A stretch of DNA of 64,000 bases from Actinomycetes bacterium (GCA_021798275.1 JAJZMK010000053.1:1564-65563), one strand, 5' to 3'; shown: positions 50,814-62,119, counted from the first letter of the stretch. Translations and numbers: made by a program. The notes: generated by a model not told the origin, from the letters alone.

Positions 50814-51257
50814 GCTCCGAAGAGACTCCCGGAACCGGATTGATGACCTCTTAAATATTTCTATCATTGTCAATGTTATTAATAAGTAATGTTTCTATGT
50901 TTGTAGCGGTACTTATTATAGATAAGAGCTTGAACGAGAATAATTTTTGTCGGTATCAATCCATAGATTGAAACTGAACTTACATATACTAATCAACTTA
51001 TTATCTTGTCAAAGATTTGGGGTAAGTCATATCGAATCCACGGCTGAGCTTGAGAGATTTGTTGACCAACTTATAGGGCCGTTTGATACTTCACCACTCT
51101 TCGCCGGTTGTTAGCCGGATTTAGCGAAGGGATCTGCTTGCTATTTGGAACCCGGAGGGTTATGAGATGAATCAAAGGAAACTTTTTGGCTGCAATATCT
51201 GGAAAGTAGCTATACTTAGAGTCATATATTATAGGCTTGTGAAAGGTTTAGGCAGCG

Positions 51258-52469
51258 TTGACTACCGACAGTGATTATCTGGATACAGCTCCCCGTAAAT
51301 CCCAATGGATGCAATCACATCTAAAGGAAGGGAAGTTCGGAGATTTCGGCGGACAATTTATACCAGAATCTCTGATTCCGGCATGTAACGACTTGGAAAA
51401 AGCTTTTTATGATGCCATGGCCGATGATGCTTTCAAAGCAGAATTGGATCATCTACTACATACCTACGCCGGGCGGCCTACACCTCTTACTTTTTGTGCC
51501 AATCTCTCAGAGCAGCTAGGTATTAGATTGTTTCTAAAACGTGAAGATCTTACTCACACCGGATCACATAAGATAAACAACGTGCTTGGTCAAGCTCTAC
51601 TGGCAAAACGCATGGGGAAGAACAGGGTTATAGCCGAAACCGGTGCGGGTCAGCATGGCGTAGCTGCCGCTACTGCCGCTGCACTACTGGGCCTGGAATG
51701 TGTGGTATTTATGGGGAACGTTGATGTGGGTCGTCAAGCTCTAAATGTTTTCAGAATGAAACTTTTGGGTGCTAAAGTTGTTCCCGTATATTCTGGCTCC
51801 GCCACACTGAAAGACGCCGTTAATGAAGCTTTACGAGATTGGGTAGCCACTGTGGAGACGACCCATTACTGTATAGGTTCTGCTATGGGTCCACACCCTT
51901 ATCCTTTGATAGTGAGACAATTGCAGAGGATCATAGGCGACGAGGCCAGAGAGCAATACAGGGAGAATACGGGCGATGACCCGGATATAGTGGTTGCCTG
52001 TGTTGGGGGTGGATCGAATGCCATCGGGACATTTGCCGGTTTTGTCGATACCAAAAGTCAACTCGTAGGCGTGGAGGCAGCAGGCGGAGCCGCGATGCGT
52101 AATGGGATACCCGGTGTCGTACACGGCATGCGGTCACGCTTTTTGCAAGACGAGTATGGACAAATTATGGAAGCGGAATCCATCTCCGCCGGACTTGATT
52201 ATCCCGGTATAGGTCCCGAACATGCTTATCTCGGTGATATCGGGAGAGCTCGTTACGAATCTGTCAGCGACGAAGAAGTTTTGGATGCTTTTAGGGTTCT
52301 TTCTAAAACGGAGGGAATTATTCCGGCTTTGGAGCCGGCACATGCCTTGGCATATATACTGCGCGCTGTGAAAAATAAAGAAATTGTCGAAGGTCAAACG
52401 GTACTGATGACACTGTCGGGTCGGGGAGATAAAGATGTCTCGCAAGTGATGGATATATTAGATATATGA
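51258..52469 (+). CDS. trpB: Tryptophan synthase beta chain
   Basis: PLP lysine 'HTGSHKINN', 'GAGQHGVA', 'GGGSNAIG', 'LSGRGDKD'. TTG start. Confidence 0.95.
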   Translation: MTTDSDYLDTAPRKSQWMQSHLKEGKFGDFGGQFIPESLIPACNDLEKAFYDAMADDAFKAELDHLLHTYAGRPTPLTFCANLSEQLGIRLFLKREDLTHTGSHKINNVLGQALLAKRMGKNRVIAETGAGQHGVAAATAAALLGLECVVFMGNVDVGRQALNVFRMKLLGAKVVPVYSGSATLKDAVNEALRDWVATVETTHYCIGSAMGPHPYPLIVRQLQRIIGDEAREQYRENTGDDPDIVVACVGGGSNAIGTFAGFVDTKSQLVGVEAAGGAAMRNGIPGVVHGMRSRFLQDEYGQIMEAESISAGLDYPGIGPEHAYLGDIGRARYESVSDEEVLDAFRVLSKTEGIIPALEPAHALAYILRAVKNKEIVEGQTVLMTLSGRGDKDVSQVMDILDI

Positions 52470-53269
52470 TTACGCAACCTGACAAAGAATCCGTGAATAA
52501 TTTAGAAATTCGTCTTCGGGAGAAGAAGAAAGAGGGAAAAAAATTATTGGTCTGCTACATAACGGGCGGACTGAATAGCCATTGGTTGGATACCCTACAT
52601 GCCGTAGCTGATGCCGGTGCGGACGCTATAGAAATCGGAATACCTTTTTCCGATCCGGTTATGGACGGCCCAGTTATCCAGAAAGCATCGATGGAAGCTC
52701 TCAAAAACGGCGCAACCCCTTTTTCTATACTGACCCAATTGTCCAAGACAGATGCCGGTGTTCCGTTGGCGGTTATGACGTATTATAATTTGGTCTACAG
52801 GATGGGCGAGGAAAGATTTGCCGAGCAACTTCTGAAAAGTGGCGTTACCGGAGCGATTTTACCGGATCTACCTTTAGATGAAGCCGATAACTGGATAAAA
52901 GTAGGGGAGAGCTCAGGGCTTGCCACCGTTTTATTGGCAGCGCCTACCACCAGAGATCAGCGTTTACTCGACATAGTGGCAAAGAGTAGGGGATTTGTTT
53001 ATGCGGTTGGTCTTCTGGGTGTTACCGGCGAGAGAGAAGAGTTATCCGAGTCGGCAACAGTCTTGGCCTCGAGATTGAAATCCCATACAGATAAACCAGT
53101 ACTGGTGGGAGTGGGAATCTCAAATCCCGCTCAGGCCAAAGCTGTCTGCCAGACGGCCGACGGGGTTGTGGTCGGTTCGGCACTGGTCAGAAGAATTCTT
53201 GAAAGTGAAAATCTGCTGGCGATAACCGAATTTGTCAAGGGGTTGAGAGAGTCTTTAGACAACTCTTAG
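52466..53269 (+). CDS. trpA: Tryptophan synthase alpha chain
   Basis: '[18 protein letters not shown]', 'VGVGISNP'. ATGA overlap with trpB. Confidence 0.95.
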   Translation: MITQPDKESVNNLEIRLREKKKEGKKLLVCYITGGLNSHWLDTLHAVADAGADAIEIGIPFSDPVMDGPVIQKASMEALKNGATPFSILTQLSKTDAGVPLAVMTYYNLVYRMGEERFAEQLLKSGVTGAILPDLPLDEADNWIKVGESSGLATVLLAAPTTRDQRLLDIVAKSRGFVYAVGLLGVTGEREELSESATVLASRLKSHTDKPVLVGVGISNPAQAKAVCQTADGVVVGSALVRRILESENLLAITEFVKGLRESLDNS

Positions 53270-53372
53270 AGGGATAAAAATGATGCCCCTTTACCTCCTT
53301 TCGAGACGATAAATACATAGCAATACCTTTGCCTGCTTTCCTCTGGCAGATACAGAGGAACAGAAGTATATA

Positions 53373-56300
53373 TCACCTGGTTATGTAAATATTTTTTACC
53401 AGAGGTGTATTTTCCGATGAGAATCCCGCATAGATTCTAAATTGCCCGGTTGGAACCGACAGGTGGTTTGATTTATATACCTCTAAATTATAGAGAGGTA
53501 CTTCAATGGTGACCGTTCTTTTGGCTCCAGATGATAGGCATGTTCTTGTGAAACCAGCTAATTCTTTGGGTGGTTCACCGGCGTTATGTGGGAATTGTAA
53601 ATATATCTGTGGGACATCGCATCCGTAGGCTTTACCTGTATTCGTAACCTCAACATTGACGCTATAGGCATCGGCATTTCCTTTAAATGCAAGCGGGATA
53701 TTATTTAGATCAAGATTGACAATCTGTCCCAAATTATTTTTTACGGACAGATTGCTTATCGAAAACGTGGTATAGGACAGCCCATATCCAAAAGGAAACA
53801 GTGGCTGTAAGTGGTGTGCTTCATAGTAGCGGTAGCCTATTTCCAAGCCGTTGCCGTCGTTTATGGAAAAAGAAACCTTGGCATTGATTCCCGGCCAAGC
53901 TTTTGTATTGTTACCGAAGGGCTGACTGTCAGAAGCCGGGAATGTAATTGGTAGATGACCGCTCGGGTTGACTTCTCCGCTTAGAACTGCCCTGATGGCA
54001 TTGCCGTCTTCCTCCCCTGGATACCATGCTTCCAGGACTGCACTCACGTTTTTTAACCAAGGCATCAATACCGCCCCTCCGGTATTTAGCACCACAATTG
54101 TTCTGGGGTTTACTTTGGCGACGGCGCTTATCAATTGATTGTCGGCATCTTGGAGAGACAAGCCGCTCCTGTCAACTCCTTCACTTGAGAAAGAGTTGAC
54201 AAAAACAACGGCCACTTTCGCTGTTTTGGCCGTTGCGACAGCGGCGTCAATTTGGGGGGTAATATCTTCCATCCCTATCCGCGGCGCCGGTCTACTGTTG
54301 GTGGCAAACCATCGCATTACTAGTCTGTATTGTTTGCCTTTAGTGAGATAGCTGGCAAAATATCCGGTGAAAGGAGCACCAAGTCCTTTCTGAGAAAAAA
54401 CGTTTGCTTTATCGAGATATATCCAAGTGTCTCCTATGGAAGATATGGAGAAATCATAAAGACCTGTTTTAGTCGGTGTAAGTTCAGCCGACCAAACATT
54501 CCAGTCGTTACCTTTTCCCGGCGGAGCGGGAAGAGATGCGGTGAGAGCATATGGCGGTACTTTGTCATATCTCAGGTATCGGTCGGGGAATATGTCGTCG
54601 TTATTGGAGTGTGGGTGCGTGGGCCAGTACTTCTCCGGTACACTTTCTCCCGCCAGCAGCTTGGAGCTGATAACAGGCAACTGCGTTGCAGACGGCCCTG
54701 CCGGTGAATATGTGACTTTGATGTGTCTTTTTTGGAAGTAGCGCCTGAGAGATTCAAGCGGTGTAACAAGAAAAGGAGCGGTAACGCGAGCTCCTCCATA
54801 ACCGGCAGTCATCGCCTGAGAGGCTGCATCGGTTCCTATCACGGCTATGGTCTTCAGCGCTCGTTTTGGTCTACCCCGGTGGCCTTTTCTTTTATATAGT
54901 TGATCTATTTTTTTGATATTAATAGGCAATAAATTATTGGCATTTTTCAGTAGGACCGTAGAATTGGCCGCCAGATTGTAGGCAAAATTGGTGGCTTGTC
55001 TATTTATCGTATTGACTCCGAATTTATGTGGGTTCTGTCCCGGAATCAAGTGGTAGATAAACATTTCGGTAAGTATCGTTTTGACGGCCGAGACAAGCCT
55101 GTCTTTTTGGAGCCTACCGCTTATCCAACCTAGCGCCAATGGTAGACCGGCGCTTGGTTTGATCTGATCAAGGCCGGCATTAAAAGCTTTCAACGGCTGT
55201 TTGACGGCATCAAGATCAGAGCGGATGATACCTTTGAAACCAAACTCTCTAAGTAATGTGAAGGTGTATTTATCGGAGCAGGCATTTACATTATTGATAT
55301 AACCATATGCACACATGATTGCCGCTACATCAGCTTGTTGAACAACTGCTTTGAATGGTTTTAGGTACACCTCCATGAGAGCTCTCGAAGATACTTCCTG
55401 ATCAAGAGCTATCCTGCCCGTTTCGTCGGTGTAAGCGGTAAAGTGCTTTGCCACCGACATTGTATGTTCTGATTGAATTCCCTCCGAGTCCGCTACGCCA
55501 AGAGCGGCGGAAAGAAAAGGGTCTTCGCCGTATGTCTCATAGGCCCTGCCCCACTCCGGTACTCTCACCAGGTTTAAATTTGGACCTTGAACGGCATCTA
55601 CTTGTTGCATACGAGCTTCTTGACCTATGATTTGACCGTATTTTTGTGCAAAGTTGGTACTAAAAGTAGCTCCCAAGGCAAGAGATGCAGGCAATTGTGT
55701 TACGCCTGTATCCCCGGCAGAGAGACCATTTGGACCGTCTTGGAGAGTAAAAGCCGGTATACAAAGAGAGGGAATTGGCGCTGTGGCGTTTTCATAAGAA
55801 TGTCTGGGATGATATAAGTTGACCATAACCAACATATCCAAGAGATTCATTTTGGCGACTACTTCTGCAGCCAGCTTGGCTGGACTAAAGTGAGTGAGCT
55901 GGTAATTTGTTGTCCAAGGACATAGTGCACTTTTCGATATAATTTTTTGATTCCTAGAGTTTGCAGACAACAAATGACTCTTTTGGTCGTCAAGAATTCT
56001 TTGCAGGGGCCGTACTTTGCTTGTTCTAATGGCGGTATTTATGCTGTAGTCGTGTTTTGTCAATACGCTTTTGGCGGAATAAAAAAGAGCTAATGAAGTC
56101 GAGGTATCGTCATGGGCGGCGCTCAGGTCGTTTCCCCTTTGGGGTATCCCAAAGGGGGCGATGAATATAATAGAAACAAGCATTATCGATAGCAAGCCGA
56201 AATAGCCGGTATGGGAATTTACTTTTAATTTGTGAGAAATTACCTTGAAGTGATTGCAAGAGGTGGATGTTGCGATTTGTCTGCGTCGTCGGCCAGCCAT
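53373..56300 (-). CDS. Glycoside hydrolase family 3 (beta-glucosidase-like) with an N-terminal membrane anchor and a PA14-like insertion
   Basis: GH3 N-domain pattern 'KHFTAY...' and 'GIIRSDL'. C-domain 'GEEDGNAI' and 'GYGLSYTTF'. Inserted 'TGLYDFSISSIGDTWIYLD' segment. Confidence 0.8.
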   Translation of the reverse strand: MAGRRRRQIATSTSCNHFKVISHKLKVNSHTGYFGLLSIMLVSIIFIAPFGIPQRGNDLSAAHDDTSTSLALFYSAKSVLTKHDYSINTAIRTSKVRPLQRILDDQKSHLLSANSRNQKIISKSALCPWTTNYQLTHFSPAKLAAEVVAKMNLLDMLVMVNLYHPRHSYENATAPIPSLCIPAFTLQDGPNGLSAGDTGVTQLPASLALGATFSTNFAQKYGQIIGQEARMQQVDAVQGPNLNLVRVPEWGRAYETYGEDPFLSAALGVADSEGIQSEHTMSVAKHFTAYTDETGRIALDQEVSSRALMEVYLKPFKAVVQQADVAAIMCAYGYINNVNACSDKYTFTLLREFGFKGIIRSDLDAVKQPLKAFNAGLDQIKPSAGLPLALGWISGRLQKDRLVSAVKTILTEMFIYHLIPGQNPHKFGVNTINRQATNFAYNLAANSTVLLKNANNLLPINIKKIDQLYKRKGHRGRPKRALKTIAVIGTDAASQAMTAGYGGARVTAPFLVTPLESLRRYFQKRHIKVTYSPAGPSATQLPVISSKLLAGESVPEKYWPTHPHSNNDDIFPDRYLRYDKVPPYALTASLPAPPGKGNDWNVWSAELTPTKTGLYDFSISSIGDTWIYLDKANVFSQKGLGAPFTGYFASYLTKGKQYRLVMRWFATNSRPAPRIGMEDITPQIDAAVATAKTAKVAVVFVNSFSSEGVDRSGLSLQDADNQLISAVAKVNPRTIVVLNTGGAVLMPWLKNVSAVLEAWYPGEEDGNAIRAVLSGEVNPSGHLPITFPASDSQPFGNNTKAWPGINAKVSFSINDGNGLEIGYRYYEAHHLQPLFPFGYGLSYTTFSISNLSVKNNLGQIVNLDLNNIPLAFKGNADAYSVNVEVTNTGKAYGCDVPQIYLQFPHNAGEPPKELAGFTRTCLSSGAKRTVTIEVPLYNLEVYKSNHLSVPTGQFRIYAGFSSENTPLVKNIYITR

Positions 56301-56531
56301 CTATCTGGTCTTTATCCTTTCGATAAAAGATTTATAAAGCTCTCATATTCTTTCGCTAACAATAGCAACGGCAAAAGTCAAGGAGTATGTCACGCCAGAA
56401 AAATATTTTTTCAAAAATCCATTTCTTTAAAAATGATAATTAGCAAAGAGAATCAGAGAAGTTTGTTGTTTTGCAAGATCGGTTGACACATTACAGCGTG
56501 TGTCTGAGAGGAGAGGTATTTTAAAAATAAT

Positions 56532-56569
56532 AGTGTATAGTTATACATACATATGATTTTATATACTAT
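56532..56569. promoter_or_regulatory. Two tandem ARG-box-like 18-mers (56532-56549 and 56552-56569) overlapping a TATAAT hexamer (56567-56572) upstream of argC
   Basis: Box 1 is agTGTATagttATACAta, a palindrome one symmetric mismatch per half from wnTGAATwwwwATTCAnw. Box 2 is taTGATTttatATACTat, which is weaker. The boxes are 2 bp apart. Confidence 0.45.
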
Positions 56570-56602
56570 AATATCCAACAACGACAATTCTCTATCGGAG
56601 GC

Positions 56603-57625
56603 ATGGTGATAAAAGTAGGAGTGATCGGGGCATCGGGATATTTGGGAGCCGAACTGTTACGACTGCTGAGCAGACATCCTCAGATGGAAGTAAGTATGCT
56701 GCAAGCTCACAGTAATACCAACATAACAGTGGGAGAACTTTACCCTGGTCTTGATGCTTTCTATAAAGGTTTGACAATTGCCGATTTCGATCCGAACTCT
56801 GTTGGTAATCTGGATTTACTGTTTGTCAGTCTGCCTGCGGGACATTCTGCCGATGTCATGGATATACTTGTTGCCAAGGTGCCACTTGTCGTAGATCTAG
56901 GTGCCGATTTTAGACTGAAAGATATAGCGCTGTATGAGAAGTGGTATCACTTTGAGCACAAGAATCCGTTACTTTTGTCAAAGTCGGTTTATGGACTGCC
57001 GGAATTCTACAGGTCGCAGATCAAAAATGCCGCGCTGATAAGCTCACCCGGTTGTTATGTAACGGCGGCTTCTCTGGCCGTGAAACCGTTTGTCGATGCC
57101 AAAATCATAGACGAGAAAGACTGTGTGGTCGTCGATGGGGCAAGCGGTACTTCCGGCGCCGGACGTAAAGCTACCGACGTAACTCATCATAGCTTGGTAA
57201 ATGAGAATTTTACCGCATACGGTCTTTTGGATCACCGGCATACGCCGGAAATGGAACAAGTAATAGGAAGGCAAATTATATTTACTCCTCATTTACTCCC
57301 CATGACAAGAGGGATCCTGGTGACTTGCTATGTAAAAACTAATCGAAAAGTCACAACCGGTGACCTTCTTTCTCTCCAGAGAGATTATTACGATAACGAA
57401 CCGTTTGTCGATGTCATCGACGGCATTCCTTCGACCAAAGACTGCTACGGTTCGAATATGGCCAGGATAACATCCCGCTATGATGAAAGGACCGGTTATA
57501 TGGTTATGCTTGCCGCCATTGACAATCTAACGAAAGGTGGGGCGGGACAAGCTTTACAATCAGCCAATATAGCTTTAGGGATTGAAGAGAGTATGGGACT
57601 TACACAGATTGGAATGATTCCGTGA
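56603..57625 (+). CDS. argC: N-acetyl-gamma-glutamyl-phosphate reductase
   Basis: 'VIGASGYLGAELLRLL', active-site 'SSPGCYVTA'. GGAGG precedes the ATG. Confidence 0.95.
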   Translation: MVIKVGVIGASGYLGAELLRLLSRHPQMEVSMLQAHSNTNITVGELYPGLDAFYKGLTIADFDPNSVGNLDLLFVSLPAGHSADVMDILVAKVPLVVDLGADFRLKDIALYEKWYHFEHKNPLLLSKSVYGLPEFYRSQIKNAALISSPGCYVTAASLAVKPFVDAKIIDEKDCVVVDGASGTSGAGRKATDVTHHSLVNENFTAYGLLDHRHTPEMEQVIGRQIIFTPHLLPMTRGILVTCYVKTNRKVTTGDLLSLQRDYYDNEPFVDVIDGIPSTKDCYGSNMARITSRYDERTGYMVMLAAIDNLTKGGAGQALQSANIALGIEESMGLTQIGMIP

Positions 57626-58800
57626 GCGTAACTTTTGCAAAAGGTTTTAAAGCGTCGGGTTTGGCCTGCGGCCTAAAAAGTAACGGGAATCTTGATTTGG
57701 CTCTCGTCGTAACCAACGATGCCGCAAGCGTCCCCGCTGCGGCTGTATTTACAAAGAATAGAGTTTCCGCCGCACCGGTCAATTTATCTAGAGCGAATCT
57801 TACGGCCTCAAAAGGATTTTCAGCGGGAGTTATCCTAAATAGCGGGTGTGCTAATGCGGCGACGGGACGTACCGGGGAAGATGCGGCACGAAAGACGCTT
57901 GCTTGCCTGGCGGAGGAATTAAATATCGATACGACGTCCCTTCTGGTTTGTTCCACGGGACTTATCGGTATGCAATTGGAATATGAGAAAATCGAATCCA
58001 AGATCGCAGAATTGGTGACAACCTCAGGTTCTGATTACGGGCACGGTTTATTGGCCGCTACCGCTATCATGACGACCGATACTCATCCCAAGCAGTCTCA
58101 AATAGAAATGGACGGAATAAGAGTAGGAGCTATGGCCAAGGGTGCGGGGATGATTAACCCAAATATGGCTACCATGCTGGCGGTTATCACCACTGATGCC
58201 GATGTTTCGCCCGATGTCTTACAAGAGGTGCTCTCAAAGAGCGTAGGTAAAACTTTTAATTCATTGAGCATAGACGGTTGTACTTCCACAAACGATACGG
58301 TATGTCTACTGGCATCGGGTAAAAGTGGAAAAGTGAGTCCGGATGTACTTGAGCAGGCCTTGGATTTTGTATGTATGGATTTGGCAACGCAAATAGCCAA
58401 AGATGCCGAAGGTGCCACTAAATTCGTACGCTATAAGGTTGTTGGGGCAAAAGACGACGCGTCGGCACAAATTGCCGCCAGACAAATAGGAGAGAGTCTT
58501 TTGGTGAAAACATCGATATATGGAGAAGATGTTTATCCGGGAAGAGTTTTATCCGAATTGGGGGCATCATTGATAGATTTTGATTTGGATCTCGTTCGCG
58601 TTTTTTACGGCGATATTTGTATTTTTGCAGATAGCATGCCAAAGGATATAGACGCATTGACCAAGGATAAATTAACAGCTTATATGGCAGGAGATGAGAT
58701 CGAAATAACCTGTGATTTAGGGATGGGAACCGGAAAAGGAATGTTGCTTGGAACCGATCTCGGGCATGGCTATATAGACGAAAATATGAAGACTTCCTAA
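57622..58800 (+). CDS. argJ: Bifunctional ornithine acetyltransferase / N-acetylglutamate synthase
   Basis: 'NSGCANA', autoprocessing site 'ATMLAVITTDA'. GTGA overlap with argC. Confidence 0.95.
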   Translation: MSVTFAKGFKASGLACGLKSNGNLDLALVVTNDAASVPAAAVFTKNRVSAAPVNLSRANLTASKGFSAGVILNSGCANAATGRTGEDAARKTLACLAEELNIDTTSLLVCSTGLIGMQLEYEKIESKIAELVTTSGSDYGHGLLAATAIMTTDTHPKQSQIEMDGIRVGAMAKGAGMINPNMATMLAVITTDADVSPDVLQEVLSKSVGKTFNSLSIDGCTSTNDTVCLLASGKSGKVSPDVLEQALDFVCMDLATQIAKDAEGATKFVRYKVVGAKDDASAQIAARQIGESLLVKTSIYGEDVYPGRVLSELGASLIDFDLDLVRVFYGDICIFADSMPKDIDALTKDKLTAYMAGDEIEITCDLGMGTGKGMLLGTDLGHGYIDENMKTS

Positions 58801-58801
58801 A

Positions 58802-59755
58802 ATGGATAACAAGACAGACCCGCTTCTCATAGCCAAAGTACTTACGGAGGCATTGCCGTATATAAAACGTTTTTATAATAAGGTCATTGTTGTCAAATAC
58901 GGCGGTAACGCCTTATACGACAAAGACCAAAATGGCAACGATCAAGGGAAATCTTCTCTGGCAAGTTTCGCTTCGGATATCGCTTTGATGGCAGCCGTCG
59001 GCATCAGGGTTGTCGTGGTTCATGGCGGAGGCCCTCAAATCGGAGAGCTCATGAACAGATTGGGTAAAGAGGCTGTTTTCGTAAATGGTCTGAGGGTAAC
59101 AGATGCCGAGACTTTGGATATCGCCAGAATGGTTTTAATAGGAAAGATCAATTTGGATATCGTTGGAGCGATCAATAAACACGGTCCGTTGGCCGTAGGT
59201 CTTTCCGGAGAAGATGCCGGTTTGATCAATGCCGGAGCCGTAGACCCTACACTTGGTTTTGTAGGCGACGTATTGAGTGTCGACACCTCTATATTGGATC
59301 AGTTGCTCAGTCAGGGTTTGATACCGGTGGTCGCGACGATTGCCAGCGACAAAGCTGGGCAGATGTATAACATTAATGCTGATTCCGTTGCCGGAGCATT
59401 GGCGGGAGCACTGCAGGCAGAGAAACTGGTTCTCCTGACCGACATAGCCGGAATACGTTCGGATATAGACAACGAGGACAGTCTCATACAGCGCTTGAGT
59501 GTGGACGACTTGAATGATCTAATGAGTTCTTCTGTCGTTACGGGGGGAATGTTGCCAAAGACAAAAGCCTGTGTGACAGCGATATCAAAAGGGGTAAGAG
59601 CTGCCCATATCTTGGACGGGCGCATACGAAACGTTTTGCTCCTGGAACTCTTTACCGAGCATGGTATAGGCACGATGATCACAGAAAGAGCAACTTCGAT
59701 GAAAAGTAATGATACATATAGTACAACATATAAAACAAAAGAAGGGATGAGTTGA
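58802..59755 (+). CDS. argB: Acetylglutamate kinase
   Basis: 'VVKYGGNA', 'VVVHGGGPQI', 'NINAD'. Confidence 0.9.
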   Translation: MDNKTDPLLIAKVLTEALPYIKRFYNKVIVVKYGGNALYDKDQNGNDQGKSSLASFASDIALMAAVGIRVVVVHGGGPQIGELMNRLGKEAVFVNGLRVTDAETLDIARMVLIGKINLDIVGAINKHGPLAVGLSGEDAGLINAGAVDPTLGFVGDVLSVDTSILDQLLSQGLIPVVATIASDKAGQMYNINADSVAGALAGALQAEKLVLLTDIAGIRSDIDNEDSLIQRLSVDDLNDLMSSSVVTGGMLPKTKACVTAISKGVRAAHILDGRIRNVLLLELFTEHGIGTMITERATSMKSNDTYSTTYKTKEGMS

Positions 59756-61026
59756 CCCATATGGGGCAAGTCGAAGACAAAGTACAGTCATACCTGATGC
59801 CCACCTATAAACCGGCTTCCGTCACGTTTGTGAGTGGTAAAGGACCGTATCTGTTTGATCAGAAAGGCCGTAAATATTTGGACTTTCTTTCCGGCATTGC
59901 CGTAACATCTCTCGGACATGCTCATGAAAAAATTGTCGCCCACGTCACAGAGCAGGCACATAAGCTATGGCACGTATCCAATCTGTTTCACAATGAATTA
60001 GCAGAAGAAGTGGCAAAACTGATAGACGCTCTGATTATGTTCGGGGAATTGAAATCAGATAGCGCCTCAGGTGAGGCTACACCTGAAGGCATGGGCCGAG
60101 TGTTTTTTGCCAATTCGGGTGCCGAGTCGATAGAGTGTGCCTTGAAGCTGGCTCGTAAATGCGGGGCAGGCAGGTCGTATAAAATAATTTCATTTGACGG
60201 CTCTTTCCATGGTAGGACTTTCGGGGCGCTGTCAGCAACTGCACAACCCGGTAAAAAGCAGGACTTTGCTCCCATGCTTGAGGGTTTTATCCATATTCCA
60301 TACGGCGATATTGATGCATTGGAAAATATTCTGGCTCAAAATCAGGTTAGTGCTGATACCACGGAAACTTACAATTTAGTGGCAGCTGTTTTGGTCGAAC
60401 CGATCCAAGGGGAAAACGCCATTGTGGTCCCTCCCGCTAATTATTTAAAAGATATCAGATCACTTTGTGACCGCTACGGTGTCTTGATGATCGCCGATGA
60501 GATACAAACCGGTCTCGGCAGAACGGGAGAGTGGTTTGGGTTTCAACATGATCATATTTTGCCAGACATCGTAACTTTGGCTAAATCCCTTGCCAACGGC
60601 ATGCCTATAGGTGCCTGTTGGGCAAAAGACCATGTAGCGCTCAACTTTGCCCCCGGTGATCACGGCAGTACTTTCGGCGGGCAACCTCTGGCACTTTCTG
60701 CAGCCAAAGCAACTTTGGAGGAATTGGTTACACTTATGGCACCGGAAAAGGCCAAGACTCTTGGGGCAGCCCTGGTTGACAGGTTGTCAGGTCTGCCTGG
60801 AATAGAAGAAGTAAGAGGTAAAGGGCTACTTCTCGGCATCAAACTGATACCTCGGATAAATAACGTTGATTTCGTCGGGAAAGCTCTGTCTCTGGGGCTT
60901 GTTCTGAACGCTCAATCCTCCAACGTAATCAGACTGGCTCCCCCTTATATTATCGACGAATCACACATTGACGAAGCCGTAGGTATTATGGCCAAATTAC
61001 TTGGCGGAGAATCATATGATATATAA
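59752..61026 (+). CDS. argD: Acetylornithine aminotransferase
   Basis: 'NSGAESIECALKLAR', 'DEIQTGLGRTG', PLP lysine 'TLAKSLANG'. The start is TTG at 59752 or ATG at 59761. Confidence 0.9.
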   Translation: MTHMGQVEDKVQSYLMPTYKPASVTFVSGKGPYLFDQKGRKYLDFLSGIAVTSLGHAHEKIVAHVTEQAHKLWHVSNLFHNELAEEVAKLIDALIMFGELKSDSASGEATPEGMGRVFFANSGAESIECALKLARKCGAGRSYKIISFDGSFHGRTFGALSATAQPGKKQDFAPMLEGFIHIPYGDIDALENILAQNQVSADTTETYNLVAAVLVEPIQGENAIVVPPANYLKDIRSLCDRYGVLMIADEIQTGLGRTGEWFGFQHDHILPDIVTLAKSLANGMPIGACWAKDHVALNFAPGDHGSTFGGQPLALSAAKATLEELVTLMAPEKAKTLGAALVDRLSGLPGIEEVRGKGLLLGIKLIPRINNVDFVGKALSLGLVLNAQSSNVIRLAPPYIIDESHIDEAVGIMAKLLGGESYDI

Positions 61027-61087
61027 AGTACAAGCAGCGATTTTCTTGCTACCGGAAAGTTTTACTGTCGATTGTAGGTTGACTTAG

Positions 61088-62119
61088 ATGGAAGACTCTA
61101 ACCTTTTTCATCCCCATCACGTATTGGAAGTATCTGATTTGTCGGAACGGGATATATACAATATTTTAGAACTATCAGGTGATAAAAATCCGCAACCTGT
61201 GCTAAAAGGCAAAGGCGTGGCGCTTATTTTTGAGCATCCCTCGGCAAGGACAAGAAATGCTGCTGAAATGGCGGTATTTCAATTGGGAGGCCATCCCATA
61301 ACTATTTCCGGACAGGAAATCGGTATTGATAAAAGAGAAACGGCTGAGGACATTGCTCGTGTCTTGGCCAGATTTCATTCCCTGATAGGTGCCAGAGTGA
61401 CCGATCATAATGTCTTGACAAGAATGGCGTCGGCTGTAGATAGATCCGATAAGTATGTTCCGATTGTCAATTTGCTTTCCGACAGGGATCACGTCACCCA
61501 AGTGTTGGCGGACTTACTCACCATAAAACAGAGGTTTGGCACAATTAAAGATGTCAATGTCACTTACATAGGAGACCCGAATAACGTCTGCTCCTCTCTT
61601 TTTCACGCAGCCAAAATCATGGGTTTTGGCTTGGCGATAGCGGCACCTGATAAGTATTTACAAAAGGCTGTTTTTATAAGAGAAGCTTTCCAAAGTAGCC
61701 ATAACAGAGACAGTGAGCAACTGCCGGGAAACATGGGTGCTTCCTCACATGAGATAAAATGGGGTTTCCCTCTCAAATCAGCTGAGAATATATCAATCTT
61801 TGATGACCCATTTTTAGCCGTGCAGAATGCCGATGTCCTTTACACGGATGTCTTTGTATCGATGGGAGAAGAAGAAATTGCGCTTGAGAAGCGGCGCGAT
61901 TTCAAAGGCTACACTATCGATAAAAATTTATTGGAGCACGCTAAAAAGACGTCAGTGGTTATGCATTGTCTCCCTGCTCATCGTGGCGAGGAAATTTCCG
62001 ATGAGGTTTTTGAGTCACCTAAGAGCCTGGTTTTTGATCAGGCGGAAAACAGGATGCATGCAATGCGCGGTCTTTTTGCCTATCTTATAGCCGGTTATGG
62101 GTCAACAGAAAGGTCTTAG
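61088..62119 (+). CDS. argF: Ornithine carbamoyltransferase (divergent motifs plus an insertion)
   Basis: 'SARTR', 'DHVTQ' (HPxQ position), 'DVFVSMG', 'HCLPAHRGEE'. Position in the arg cluster supports the call. Confidence 0.8.
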   Translation: MEDSNLFHPHHVLEVSDLSERDIYNILELSGDKNPQPVLKGKGVALIFEHPSARTRNAAEMAVFQLGGHPITISGQEIGIDKRETAEDIARVLARFHSLIGARVTDHNVLTRMASAVDRSDKYVPIVNLLSDRDHVTQVLADLLTIKQRFGTIKDVNVTYIGDPNNVCSSLFHAAKIMGFGLAIAAPDKYLQKAVFIREAFQSSHNRDSEQLPGNMGASSHEIKWGFPLKSAENISIFDDPFLAVQNADVLYTDVFVSMGEEEIALEKRRDFKGYTIDKNLLEHAKKTSVVMHCLPAHRGEEISDEVFESPKSLVFDQAENRMHAMRGLFAYLIAGYGSTERS

